Assembly: GCA_010093995.1 (NCBI GenBank) | Contig: ML992505.1 | Location: 1-64,000 of the forward strand | Direction of reading: 5' to 3' | Length of the DNA stretch: 64,000 nt | Source of the DNA: Elsinoe ampelina | Lineage: Eukaryota | Part shown: positions 22,180-33,900 of the stretch, piece by piece | How positions within the stretch are numbered: the stretch's first letter is position 1 | Layout: each line of letters opens with the position of its first letter | Notes under the pieces: model-generated | Told to the model about the DNA's origin: nothing | Databases searched by the model: none | Seen by the model: only the letters and a program-made list of their open reading frames with translations | Translations under genes and position numbers: made by a program

Positions 22180-23372
22180 ATGTCCGACCTCCACAACAAC
22201 CCCATCGTCATCGACAACGGCAGCGGCACCCTCCGCGCCGGTTTCGCAGGCTCCGACCTCCCGCAATGCACCTTTCCCTCCTTCATCGGACGCCCGAAAC
22301 ACATACGAGTTCTCGCCGGAGCACTTGAAGGGGACGTCTTCATCGGGACCAAGGCGCAAGAACTCCGGGGCCTGCTCAAAATCCGGTACCCTCTTGAACA
22401 TGGCATCGTGACGGACTGGGACGACATGGAGCGGATATGGGGACATGTTTACAATGAGGAATTGAAGGTACTGAGCGAGGATCACCCCGTGTTACTCACT
22501 GAAGCGCCGTTGAATCCGAGGGGGAATCGGGACATGGCTGCGCAGGTCTTGTTCGAGGGGTTCAATGTCCCCGCTGTTTACATGGGAGTGCAAGCTGTCT
22601 TGAGTCTATACGCAAGCGGGCGGACGACGGGGTTGGTGTTAGATGCTGGGGATGGTGTGAGCCATGCTGTGCCGGTGTATGAGGGGTTTGCGGTGGGAAA
22701 TTCGGTGAGGAGGGTTGACGTGGCGGGGAGGGATGTCACGGAGCATTTGCAGACACTGTTGAGGAAGAGCGGATATGTGTTTCATACGTCGGCAGAGAAG
22801 GAGGTGGTGAGGGTATTAAAGGAGAAGATGAGCTATATTGCGTTGGACCCGAGGAAGGAGGAGAAGGAGTGGACGAGCTTGGGAGGCAGAGGGGGAGAGG
22901 GGAAGTGGGTGGATTACACGCTGCCGGATGGCCAGAGAATCAAGCTGGGGCCGGAGAGGTTCAGGGCACCAGAGATCTTGTTTGACCCGGATATCATTGG
23001 GCTGGAGTATCAGGGGTTGCATCAGATTGTGGTGGATGCGATTGGGAGAACGGATATGGACTTGAGGAAGGCGTTGTACGGCAATATTGTGCTGAGTGGC
23101 GGCTCAACGCTGACAAAGGGGTTCGGGGATCGATTATTACATGAGGTGCAGAGATTGGCGGTCAAGGAGATGAGGATCAAGATCTTTGCGCCGCCAGAGA
23201 GAAAGTATAGTACGTGGATCGGTGGGAGCATCCTTGCTGGGCTGAGCACATTCAGAAAGGTGAGTAAATGTACGCTTCTGGTTTGTGAAGTGGATGCTGA
23301 CAGCGATAGATGTGGGTTTCGATAGACGACTGGCGGGAGAATCCCGACATCATACATACAAAATTCGCATGA
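22180..23372 (+). CDS. ARP1: Actin-related protein 1 (centractin, dynactin filament)
   Basis: [82 protein letters not shown]; intron 23260-23309. Confidence 0.93.
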
Positions 23373-23878
23373 ATTGGAGGATGGACAGAAGGATAGACAG
23401 CGGACAGGACCTGTATCAGGCAGGACCTTTGACGGCGTTCTACTAAAAGCCATATACCCCATCACGAATGTCATGACTCTGAATTGGCTCGACATGAGCC
23501 CATCACTTGAAATAAAGGCATTTGCACAAGCGTTCATGAGAGAGAGAAGAGTGATTGATGTATGAACATATACTGTTATTCATTGCCAGAGTCTGTCTGA
23601 CGCCCTCACCGGAGGACAGGGGTATCAAGTGCATTGTTTTCGCTACCGCTTTCAAGAATACCGCAAGTCAGCTGTCAGTTGTGGCTACACCATGCCGTGG
23701 TCCATATACGCCTGGCCTAACAAAGCAAGAGAAGAATCCAGTGATGCGCCATTTGGTTTGTCGATGATGATGTGATGTTAACAAAAGCAAGAACTTTTTT
23801 TTGGTCGTCCCAACGCCGCGCTGGTCCACTATGCATAAAGTGGTAAAAGCAAATGATCAAAGTCAGGGTCTAGTTCGT

Positions 23879-24415
23879 CTAGTTCCTGGAGAGGGTCCTC
23901 GAAATGCGCTCCATCATGCTCCTACGCTTGCCATCCTCATTGCTGGACGATGAGCCGACAGAGCTGGCTGCCGAGCTGGACTTGCGTGGAACGACAGTCG
24001 GGACAGCGTTACCGGCACCACCGCGGCCGATGTGGTAGACTCTCGCAGCATTGTCCCTCATGCGCTGCTCACGCTCGAGCTCCTCGTCGAAGGAGAAGAT
24101 GGCTCGCTGAGAAGGAGAGGCTGGGCCTTCGCTCGAGGCTGAAGACTCGGATGAGGTGCGCGAAGTCGAGGCGATACTTGGACGAGCTGCTGACTTCTTG
24201 TGGACGTTGCCTGCGCCACCTCGGCCAGAAAAGATGGTGGTGGGAGGTGCTGGAAGGTTGGCTCTTGATGCTGGACCGGCGGCGGACGGGCCAGATGTGA
24301 GTTGGGCAGTGGTATAGCGCTTGTAGTTGCCTGCTCCGCCAATACCGCTGCCGATGAAGGTAGTCTTGGTCGAGGACCTGACAGATGGGTGTGGCTCGGT
24401 GACTGAGTAAGGCAT
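23879..24415 (-). CDS. Small Ser-rich protein with repeated G(R/I)GGAGN motifs (DUF3602-like)
   Basis: Three motifs (GIGGAGN, GRGGAGN x2); TATA-like TATATA near 24572. Confidence 0.8.
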   Translation of the reverse strand: MPYSVTEPHPSVRSSTKTTFIGSGIGGAGNYKRYTTAQLTSGPSAAGPASRANLPAPPTTIFSGRGGAGNVHKKSAARPSIASTSRTSSESSASSEGPASPSQRAIFSFDEELEREQRMRDNAARVYHIGRGGAGNAVPTVVPRKSSSAASSVGSSSSNEDGKRRSMMERISRTLSRN

Positions 24416-26435
24416 GGTGGATGTAGTGTAGGGGTCGGACGTAGAAGATGAAAGTGGTGTTGTGAGGTGAGACCTTTCAGAAGAGTGTCGGTGGCAAGGC
24501 TGAGAGTGACTATGGACAGTAGACTGACGTGAGAGTGTTGTTCGACCAAGACTTTACCTGGGGAGCAAGGCTATATATGCCGATACAAACCCAGTCACAC
24601 AGACATGAGGTGATCAAAACACCGATGACCAGTGGAATGGAATGGACCATGTCGGCCACCAGGGGGCATGACCAAGCGGGCGAAACGCCATCCATCAGAG
24701 ATTTGCACGTAAAAGCACGCACAATCCTGCGGCTCCGTGAGATGCTTGAATCATACGAACGGTCAAGCTATGCAGTTAACTGGAAAGCTCATGTTGCAAG
24801 CAGTTGGACTATGCCGTTAACTGCAAAACACGCGGACCCGCCGCGATCACCTGAGCTGTCTCTGGCAGGACACTGTACCAAACGGTACCTTGGCTACCCC
24901 GGTTTTTCCAATTTTACGGCATGAAAATCTTTTTTTTTCACGTCAAAGCGACACAGAGATCCAGCGTTTGAGTCCGCCAACTCCGTGGTTTCCGGCTAAC
25001 GACGGCCTGCTGACCAGAAGCCTTGTCCACGTCTTTCTGTGAATAGGAGATGATGTTTTGCTCTGGGCCTCGCATACGAGATGAGACAGCTATGCGAGGT
25101 CCAGATCCATACCAAGTGTCTGCACCTCTTCACCGCAACTGAGGCGACAACAACATTCATTTCCACGCAGCAGTCGAGACCTGCGTCCCCAAAAACTGCT
25201 CGTCGGCCGATTCCGAACTCCGTGGCGACCTGTTGTCCCTCGTCATTTCGAGGACGGCATTACCTAAGTTTTATTGCCTCCTCGCATTGCGTTCCACTTG
25301 GCGTGCAAAAGCCCTCACACCCCTTCCAGCAATTTCACGCAGAGCCACGCACTCACGCCAGAGTCACCAGACATGGCAACACGAGCCCCGCCAGATTTCG
25401 TCAAAGCTCGTCATGTCCATGCCACGTTTCCCCATAACGCCCTGTCTCTGGCGGCGCTACTGCAGATATTGTAATTTCCATTACCCCCAGGAAATCCGGG
25501 GAAGCGCCAGTAAAGTTACTTTTCGTACCCTTCATCAAACGGGGCCTCACGTGGTCTTCTTTGCCATGGGGATCGACGGGCTGGCTTGTCCTCATCCAGG
25601 CACCACCTCTTCTTCACGACTGAATGAACGGCGCGACTGGTGCCTGCAGCTCGCACACCGTCTCTTGCCAGCCCTGTCTGGACCCGTCACATCTCAGACA
25701 TGCCCCTAAACGGGCAGCGGATCCTGCGAGATGGCGTTTGACGATATGCGGGGGTGGCTGTCTCGTCCTCTCCCGTCCAGATGGATCTCTGGTTGTGTTT
25801 TGCTGGCGTGACCGACCCCTGGGTGGAAGCGAGTTCACGTTCATGTCAGGTGGGAATCCACCCCTTTTGTACACCATACTCTGGGCCACTCGCAACGTTG
25901 TCTCGCGACAGGACGAGGTCACGTCCAAACGAGATCGACTCCAACCACTTCTCCACACTTTCTCGAGACCGGTTCATCCGGGCAACATGTGGAGGCGTGA
26001 CAATCGTTCTCGGGAACCAGCCCACTTTGGTCAAGCGTGCCACCTGCTCGTCAGGTACCACAAGCTTGCTTTCCCGGATCAACGGTAGGTCATTTGTACG
26101 ACATCTTGCCTGATGTCCTGGTCACCTCTCGTGCTTTGGAATGTTGGTATTGACAGCGGAGCCACTTTATCGAGGCACAGTCAAAAGGACAGCCCAGATC
26201 TTACATCATCTATTCGCCCGCAAGCTACGATTCCGGAGACAACGGGCTGTCACTACTTGCTTCTCACGGGGCTCCACTGGAACGGTGTATCAATCTGCAA
26301 GCGGAGGAATCTTTCTTCTATCCAAGGTCTCTCCCGTCCTTGTAGATCCCTTTATCGCACGCCATGAACATCAAGGTGAGTCTGCTCCTCGACAACGCAA
26401 AGTGCCCATCGTACATCTCACATCGCTGTAAACGC

Positions 26436-27479
26436 TTACTTGCCGCTTCTGAGCCACGCTCGAACTACTTCAATTGCTCCTGGCACCGTCTTCCATGCAT
26501 CAAAGGAAGCGAAAAGGACGAGCTTCGCCTCTTCCATCGATCCCATCATATAAGCCATCGGCAGCTTGTGTTTCGCCGGGTCCCAATCTACGAGTAAGGT
26601 CCAGATTTGATCATTCTGCGTTTTGGCTGCGGAGAAGAGGACATCGAGATGGCGATCGAGGGTGCCAATCAGTTGTGCAGCCTCACTCTGCAGATTGGGC
26701 CTGGTAGTAATGATCGAGCTTCGAACGTTGCTCTGTACAATCTGGTCTGCGACCTCGGACGGCAACAGCCGCCGAAGAGGTTCAGGATTCGTCATGGCGT
26801 GAATGTCCAACTGCAGCTTGATCTTCAGCAGGACCATGGCGGTGGTGAAAGGCAAGCTCCCGAATCGAGTATCCATAAAGTCGACCGGCTCAAACACGTC
26901 AGCTCCGTGGATGTCGAGGTAAGGCGCCTCCAGATCTCCCCAGTCATAGTTTCGCTTTTCTGCTGTGGTCCGCCACCATTTGATAAAGTCATAGGCTTCT
27001 TGATCCTGATGCAGCTGCAGCATCAGACCAGGCACGTGATCTCTGATGCCCATGTTGTCTCCCCGACTCAGGCGGAGCATGTCCAGCGTCACATCCAGCT
27101 GAGCCTTCAGCGACTCATAGGTCTTGATCTCTCGCAAAGCATCAAAGTGTTCGAAGCGTGATCTCATGTACGTCCTCGTCTCATGTATTCCCCAGAAATG
27201 ACCAACGTCCTCTTCAAAGAGATCAGGTGGTACCACATCTGGAGGTGATGCCCGAAGCTTGCGTTCCTCGACGTTGACCTTGGTGATGGACTTTCCGACC
27301 TTGGCACATGCTTTCTTGTGCGCGGCGAAATGCTGTTTTTGGTGGTCCTGGCTGCAGTAGTATTGTACCTTGCACCGAGCACATTTCAGGGCATTGTCGC
27401 CGCTGTTGCAGATGCCACACTCTGGCTTGAAGGGAGCTTCGGGGAACTGGAAGAACTTGTAATCTCTGATACCAGGCAT
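26436..27479 (-). CDS. MYND-type zinc finger protein with an uncharacterised helical C-terminal domain
   Basis: CGIC..CARC...YYCS.DHQ..H...HK..C, then GHFWGI.ETR.YMR and DMLRL.RGDNMG.R; first ATG at 27479. Confidence 0.85.
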   Translation of the reverse strand: MPGIRDYKFFQFPEAPFKPECGICNSGDNALKCARCKVQYYCSQDHQKQHFAAHKKACAKVGKSITKVNVEERKLRASPPDVVPPDLFEEDVGHFWGIHETRTYMRSRFEHFDALREIKTYESLKAQLDVTLDMLRLSRGDNMGIRDHVPGLMLQLHQDQEAYDFIKWWRTTAEKRNYDWGDLEAPYLDIHGADVFEPVDFMDTRFGSLPFTTAMVLLKIKLQLDIHAMTNPEPLRRLLPSEVADQIVQSNVRSSIITTRPNLQSEAAQLIGTLDRHLDVLFSAAKTQNDQIWTLLVDWDPAKHKLPMAYMMGSMEEAKLVLFASFDAWKTVPGAIEVVRAWLRSGK

Positions 27480-27809
27480 GCTTCGGTCTTCTCTAAAATC
27501 ACGACCAGTCAGGTGTAGAGACACGAAATGACATTCTCACCTATAGGGTGAAGGTGGCTCACCATCTTCATCACAGAAGTCGGTGGAAAGAGCACAGGGC
27601 ACGATCGGTCGTCAGAGGTGGAGCCCGGCTGGTCGATCCGCACTTCCTCACGCCAGAGATCTGCTGCAGGTCGTCTCTCATGGCTTCCCGAGGTTATCGC
27701 TGCAAGTTACATCCACATCGGAGCGGGCCAAGAACCGACCTTGAAGCTTTAAATTTGCCATGTCTTCATAAGTCACTACTCCTTGGATATAACCGCAACT
27801 TATCCCTCA

Positions 27810-28099
27810 CCCCACACCGTCCAGATTGAGGATCGTGGTTAAAGGTAGATTGCATCCCCAAACCCCGCCGGACCTGTTTAGATTGGATCGACAACTACCA
27901 CCCGATGCCGCTGGGGGACCAATAGTACATCTATACCAGAATGCGGGGGCGAACAATATCAAGACCGAATCGGCCCTTTTGTTCAGGCTGAACCATTTCA
28001 TGATATTCAGCCTATTCGAGAGTTGAGTACATCAGACCCTTCTGTGCGGCAAAGATGGTATACATGATGGCGAGAGTGGTGGTTGCAGTCGAGTATAAA
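27810..28099 (+). promoter_or_regulatory. Putative CreA/XlnR-regulated promoter of the GH62 gene
   Basis: SYGGRG matches at 27810(-), 27863(-), 27911 and 27943; CCAAT at 27919; GGCTGA at 27986; TATAAA at 28094. Confidence 0.45.
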
Positions 28100-28170
28100 G
28101 GCAAGTCTGCGGCAGGTTTCTGGTAGATCGACCAGTAATCAAGTCTCTACTTCTCAACTACTCTGTCAAG

Positions 28171-29265
28171 ATGCTTTCCGCGCTCTTCCTCGGCCTGCTG
28201 ACCTGCACGGCGTCCTGCACACCAGTCCAGCCAAAGCCCAGACCCCCTACACAACCTCCGCTACCACCTCAGCAACCTGGAGGTCCGCCAAAGCCACCCG
28301 CCCCGAGCCTACGTCCTCTCCCCAGCACCTTCACCTGGAACTCCACCGGTCCGATCATCGGCTCCAATCCAACCACCGACGTCGCCGCCCTGAAAGACCC
28401 CTCTGTCGTCTTCTTCGAGGGCAAATACCACGTCTTCGTCTCCACCGCCCGGGCGGACGGATACAATCTCGCCTACCTCAGCTTTCCCACCTTCGACTCT
28501 GCCTCCAACGCCACGATTACCTACCTCGAGCAGACCGCCATCGGTCCCGGTTACCGCGCCGCGCCCCAAGTCTTCTACTTCGCCCCCCAAAAGCTCTGGT
28601 ACCTCGTCTTCCAGAACGGCAACGCGGCCTACTCGACCAACCCTGACATTAACGACCCCCAAGGTTGGAGCGCCGTGACCAACTTCTTCCCCGACGGCAC
28701 ACCGCAGATCATCCTCGACAATATCGGCGCCGGCTTCTGGTTGGATATGTGGGTCATCTGCGACGAGGTGAACTGTCATTTGTTCTCGAGCGACGACAAC
28801 GGGCAGCTCTATCGCTCACAGACGACCGTCGCAGACTTCCCCAACGGTTTTGGCAACACGGTTATCACGCTCCAAGATCCGGATCGGTTCCGCCTTTTCG
28901 AGGCCTCGAATGTGTACGAAGTCGCCAAGGGCCAGTACCTCCTTCTCGTCGAAGCTATTGGGACCGATGGATTTCGGTATTTCCGCTCCTGGACGGCAAG
29001 TGATCTGGCGGGGAATTGGACGGCGTTGGCGGCCGAGGAGGACCTGCCGTTTGCGAGGTCGAACAATGTGCTGTTTACCGATAGTGTGGAGTGGACTAAG
29101 AGTATAAGCCATGGAGAGATTGTAAGAAGGGAAGTGGACCAGAGGTTGAGGGTTAGTAGGTGTGGGTGGGAGTATCTGTATCAGGGTTTGGCTCCGGATG
29201 CGACAGGGGATTACAACTCGTTGCCATGGAAGTTGGGTTTGTTGACGCAGACGTCAAGTTGTTAG
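28171..29265 (+). CDS. Secreted GH62 alpha-L-arabinofuranosidase
   Basis: Signal peptide, Pro-rich linker, LKDPSVV, YRAAPQVFYFAPQKLWYL, WLDMWVICD, LFEASNVY, SISHGE, LYQG...YNSLPWKLGLL. Confidence 0.94.
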   Translation: MLSALFLGLLTCTASCTPVQPKPRPPTQPPLPPQQPGGPPKPPAPSLRPLPSTFTWNSTGPIIGSNPTTDVAALKDPSVVFFEGKYHVFVSTARADGYNLAYLSFPTFDSASNATITYLEQTAIGPGYRAAPQVFYFAPQKLWYLVFQNGNAAYSTNPDINDPQGWSAVTNFFPDGTPQIILDNIGAGFWLDMWVICDEVNCHLFSSDDNGQLYRSQTTVADFPNGFGNTVITLQDPDRFRLFEASNVYEVAKGQYLLLVEAIGTDGFRYFRSWTASDLAGNWTALAAEEDLPFARSNNVLFTDSVEWTKSISHGEIVRREVDQRLRVSRCGWEYLYQGLAPDATGDYNSLPWKLGLLTQTSSC

Positions 29266-29326
29266 ATGATAGTTGGAGGATGAGAGACTTCGTGCATTTC
29301 GTGACTGGGAAACAGAGCTGGAACCA

Positions 29327-30127
29327 TCATCTCTTTACCACCAGGTCGCTCCTGATCACCCATTTCTCCCCGTTCTTGACTTGCCTTCCTTCATGAAGCA
29401 GACAGTCCCTCCCATGCTTATGCAACAACGCCATGCCAACCTCCATGCTCGCCACCACTTTGTTCTTCATCATTTCCTCGATCCCGTTTCCCTTGGCACT
29501 CCCCTTGCCAAAACCACCCATACTCTCGTCTTCTGGGTAAAACACCGTCTCACCACCCTCACACCCTGTCGCTGGCCCGGAGAGGTAGATCAACAACGTC
29601 CACGTCGTGCGTCCCTGGACTTTCTCCTTACTTCCATCTGCCTTGTCCAGCTCGAAGGGAAGAAGGTTTTCTTCGTCATAGTGCTTCTCGAAATAATGCC
29701 CTTCTCTGTACCTATAGACCCTGATGTTCGGGTTCAGGCCAATTGGCTCTCCACCCCACAGCTTTGTTCTGTCAGCTTCGCTGAGATTCTCGCCGTCGAT
29801 CAACCCGGAAGTCACGAGGTCAGATAAGCCGGTGCTCGACCAGAGCTGCGCGGCGAAGGCGGGGTCTTGGACGGAGAAGCGGTCGTTGAGGCGGAGGGCG
29901 TGGTCCTTCTTTCTGGTCTGAGGGACGACGGTGAGAGGGAGGCTGGCGAGGAAGGAGCGGTATGTGGCGGCCAGTGGAATTGGGAAGAGGGGAGTAGTGA
30001 TGATTTGTGACGAGAGCAGGCTTGTGAGACGCTGTTTTTCGGATGCGAGGCGCGGGTGGAGGGGTGGCCAGGTCGGCGGCGTGGTTGGGGTGGAGGATTT
30101 TGTTCTGAAAGCCTTTTTGGGTGGCAT
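29327..30127 (-). CDS. 2OG-Fe(II) oxygenase (prolyl-4-hydroxylase-like fold)
   Basis: GLNPNIRVYRY..G.YF..HYD, TLLIYL...GGETVF, LLHEG..V..GEKWVIRSD; ATG at 30127. Confidence 0.88.
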   Translation of the reverse strand: MPPKKAFRTKSSTPTTPPTWPPLHPRLASEKQRLTSLLSSQIITTPLFPIPLAATYRSFLASLPLTVVPQTRKKDHALRLNDRFSVQDPAFAAQLWSSTGLSDLVTSGLIDGENLSEADRTKLWGGEPIGLNPNIRVYRYREGHYFEKHYDEENLLPFELDKADGSKEKVQGRTTWTLLIYLSGPATGCEGGETVFYPEDESMGGFGKGSAKGNGIEEMMKNKVVASMEVGMALLHKHGRDCLLHEGRQVKNGEKWVIRSDLVVKR

Positions 30128-30929
30128 AATGAGATGTCGAGGTGAGGTTGCCCTTGTTGGGGTGTGAGATAGTGTGATGGTTGTGGTTGGCGGTTGAGGT
30201 GGCGGGCTGCTCACGTGACTGTCAGGCAAGCGACGGCTGAGGAAGAGGTGTCATTGATCTCTGCTGGTAGTGGTGAATTTCGATACACAGGGCCAGACCA
30301 TCTGCTGTCATTGACTCACGACTGTCGAGGAAGTGTGACGTGATGGAAGGGCACTCTCGTTTGGATGAGCGTGGAAAAAGCCAATTCGTAAGAACGATGA
30401 ACACCTACCAGGCACTCTCAGCATCGGCTCAGAAATGTCATGGATATTTTGTCAATGTCTGGTAGAAACGCTCACCTCGAATTCACATAGCTACGAAGAG
30501 TGTTTTGGCTGTCAGATCAAGATGTTTCGAGCATGGCATGAATCACAAGCAGAAGACTCATGGACCCTAGCATTGGAAAGGTAGACATGTGATTGGCTGG
30601 TAGGTACAAACAGAGTTTCTGCAGCGGAAGATCAGCGAGAAGCGGCAGAAAAGTGGGTCCCCTTGATCTCTTCCGACTCTTTCGAAGCAAAGAAATGGCT
30701 TGGCAAGGACCACTTGTTGAAGCATCCCCCCCAGGGCCCGTTCGGCCTCGTCCACCACTCTCACCGCGCATTGACAGTCTCCCCTCCCTCTGCAACCACA
30801 TGTTCACGACCGGAATCACTCGACTGTCACGCGGAAGCTGTTCTTGAAGCGCATCTGACGCTTGCTACAATCCCCCCGACAAACAAGTGGCTTCTACCCC
30901 CGCAAAGAAGAAATGTTCAGCAGCGCAAA

Positions 30930-33900
30930 ATGGCAACGACAGCTTCAAACGCTCCCGCCGCATTTGGCGCGCTGCAGACACCTTCATTTCCACAACACTC
31001 GCCTTACATGACCGATGGCCTGGTGAAAACAGAGTACGATCCTGCAGACGGCCATCCCATTGCTTTCCCCTCCAGCCCCCTCAATGTCGTCGCCGTCAAC
31101 AACGCCTTCGACTCGGACATTGTCAACCAAGCGGAGGAAATCGCCCCTGCTCCGGCACCCCCGCGGTCCTCGATCGATGAGATGATGGGGAACCTGCGGA
31201 GGAGGAGCGAGTCGACCTCCGTATACCACGCCGACATGGATCTCTACTCCGAAGCAATATCCACCCACATGGCCGAGTCGGTCAAGGCCGATCTGGAATC
31301 TTACGCCGCAGAGGAGCCGGCTGCTGTCGAGCCCCAACCCATGCAAGCATACGCCAAGTTGCAATTCGATGACGGAGACTTCTATGTCAACACGTACGCT
31401 GTCGAGTTGGGACGAGATCAAGAAGCAATGAAGCGGGAAAGAAGGCACAAGAAGCGGGCCAAGAAGAGACAAATCATGGAAGAGGAGGGGACACGAAAAG
31501 CAATGCCATTCGGAGAGGACACACCTGTTCAAGCTGCAGCTGCTATGAGAGCCACTGCAGGAAGTAATGTTAGCGAATCTGGAGGCATCATCGGCGTATC
31601 GGTATTTTCAGACAGCGAGGACGAACACAGAAATGTCAGGCGCCGCAAGCGACGAGGACTCACAAGCCAGGACTCGAGCCACAGTCAGAGCATTGCCCCT
31701 GCCAACATACTCCATAACCCTGAATCTATTGGTCTTGGAGACGACATCTTCGCAGAGGATTCGCAATCTTTGGCTCCCCCGCCCATGGACTGCCCATTCA
31801 TTCCAATCTACCGCAGTACGGATGGCGTCAAAGGAAATGGCATCTCGAGAAAGCATGTCCGTATCGAGTACAACAGTGAAAAGGCACACTGGGAGCTGCA
31901 CGCTCTCGGCAAGAATGGAGCCTTCATTGACGGTGCCCTGGTCAAACAGGGGGAATCCGTCAAGCTCAACCACCAGTCTCACATCCAGATCCAGCAAATC
32001 AGCATCACTTTTAAGCTGCCCGATGTTGCCATCGCCGATGAGGAGGTCGCGGTCGAGTCTTACGAATCCGACAGTGATGCTGAGAAGCTCGACAGCAGTC
32101 CAGAGACCAGGCTTGCAGACAGGAGAGGCAGCGGGTCATTGTCAGAGCCCGAGGAAGAGGTACCCAGAGAACGTGTCAAGCTGAAGCTATCGCTCTCCAA
32201 ACGTGGCCAGAGCCTCGACAAAAAGACCACCAAAGCAGCCAAAATTTCTCTTAAAGCCAACAAGACGAAAGAAGCTCAAACCGAATCTCTAGCTGTAGAA
32301 GAGCCCGAACTCATCGAGGAAATGGACGTCCGACCCTCTGTCGAGGAAAACGTCTCCGAGACGAAACCACCAAAGCCGGAAACTAATGGGATACCCGCCA
32401 CGCCCGCCGCGAACCTTGCACCTGGGTCTGTCTTGGAGGGTCTGGCTCCTGAAGAAATTCCTCAGAAGAGGAAAGGACCTGGTCGACCTCCTAAGAACGG
32501 TGTCATGTCCAAGCGTGACGAAGCCATTATCAAACGAAAGAAGAAAGAGTTACAGAAAGCAGGCCTGGAAGTTCCGCCTCTCGCAGAGCTCCTCGCCATG
32601 GCACGAGCTGAGTCTGGAACCACGACAAAGAAACCCAACGAGGAAGATGGCGACGGCACGGGAGTCAACGGCACTCCTGGCGAAGGATCAGCCGGCGTCG
32701 GAGAGGGCAGCTCCAAGCCGCAGACACAAGCAGAGATCGAAGCCGCAAAAGCACGAAAGATGGCTGCAAAGTCTCCATCTCCCCAAAAGCCAGAGACGGA
32801 ATACACCGAGGAGGAGCTCAAGAAGCCACAGAAGACATACGTCGTCCTCATTCACGATGCGCTATGCAACTCGACCACCGGTATCATGGATCTCCAACAA
32901 ATCTACGACGCTATCCAGAAGATGTATCCTTACTACAAATACAGAAGTCAGACTATGGGCTGGCAGAGCAGCATCAGGCATAACCTCATTGGTAGCGACG
33001 CATTCGAGGAAGCCGGAAAGATCGGCAAAGGTCGCCTATGGAAGATTAATCCTAACTTTGACATTGGCAAGGAGAAGAAGCGCCGAGCACAGACACCACC
33101 CATCAGCGAGAATAGACCACCTCACATGTATCAACAGCATCAACAAGCGCAGTACAACAACAATCCGAATGCACCCCCGCAGCAACAACAACAGCGCTAC
33201 TCGCAGTACGGGCCCAGCCCATACGGTACGCCGTATGGTCCTCCGACCAACGCCCTGCCCAATGGTGCCAGACCGCCTCCTTCATACGCGCAACAGAGAA
33301 ATGGCAACTACTATTCACCATACGCAGCACAGCCACAGAATGGACAAGCTACTCAGTCACCTTATGGTGCTCAGAGCCGACCACCCCACACTCAAGCGCC
33401 CAACAGTCAAAGTTCTGCAACAGGGACACCCCAGCCACCGGGCCAGCAAAGGCCAAACGGTTCTCTTCCTCCGCCTGGTACTCCAGGATCTCACCAAACT
33501 CCTCCGGTCGGCGTTCCACCTCCCGCGGGACAGTCAAGGCCTCCTCAGCAGCAGGAAGGGATCGGCAACAATGACACGATCGAAGAGATCATGTCTTATC
33601 ACAAAAAGTATCTGGGTCAATTCCGACAAGGTCCTGAGCAGGATGCTGCTCGAGATCTCTTCCGCAAAGCTGTCTCCCGCCATATTGATCAGAACAAAGT
33701 TCATGGCGCTTACATCTCGGAGGAAGAGAAAAAGGTCGCTGATGTCATTGGCGAGATCATCACCAGGAACAAGAACAAGCCTAGGCCAGTGGTCCCACAA
33801 CAGACGACTCCAGCGCAGACTCAAGTCACGCAGCAGAGACCAACGAACCAGGCTGCACAGCTTCCAGTGAACGGACAAGCGCCTCAACCACCAGTAGGCT

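Noticed and set aside
24529..26431. Many overlapping 60-160 aa ORFs in the intergenic gap
   Set aside because: No motifs or consistent codon bias, and mutually overlapping; likely random.
32386..33870. 494-aa alternative-frame ORF inside FHL1 (similarly 18443-19318 in ISWI)
   Set aside because: Shadow ORFs explained by codon bias and low-complexity Q/P or charged sequence.
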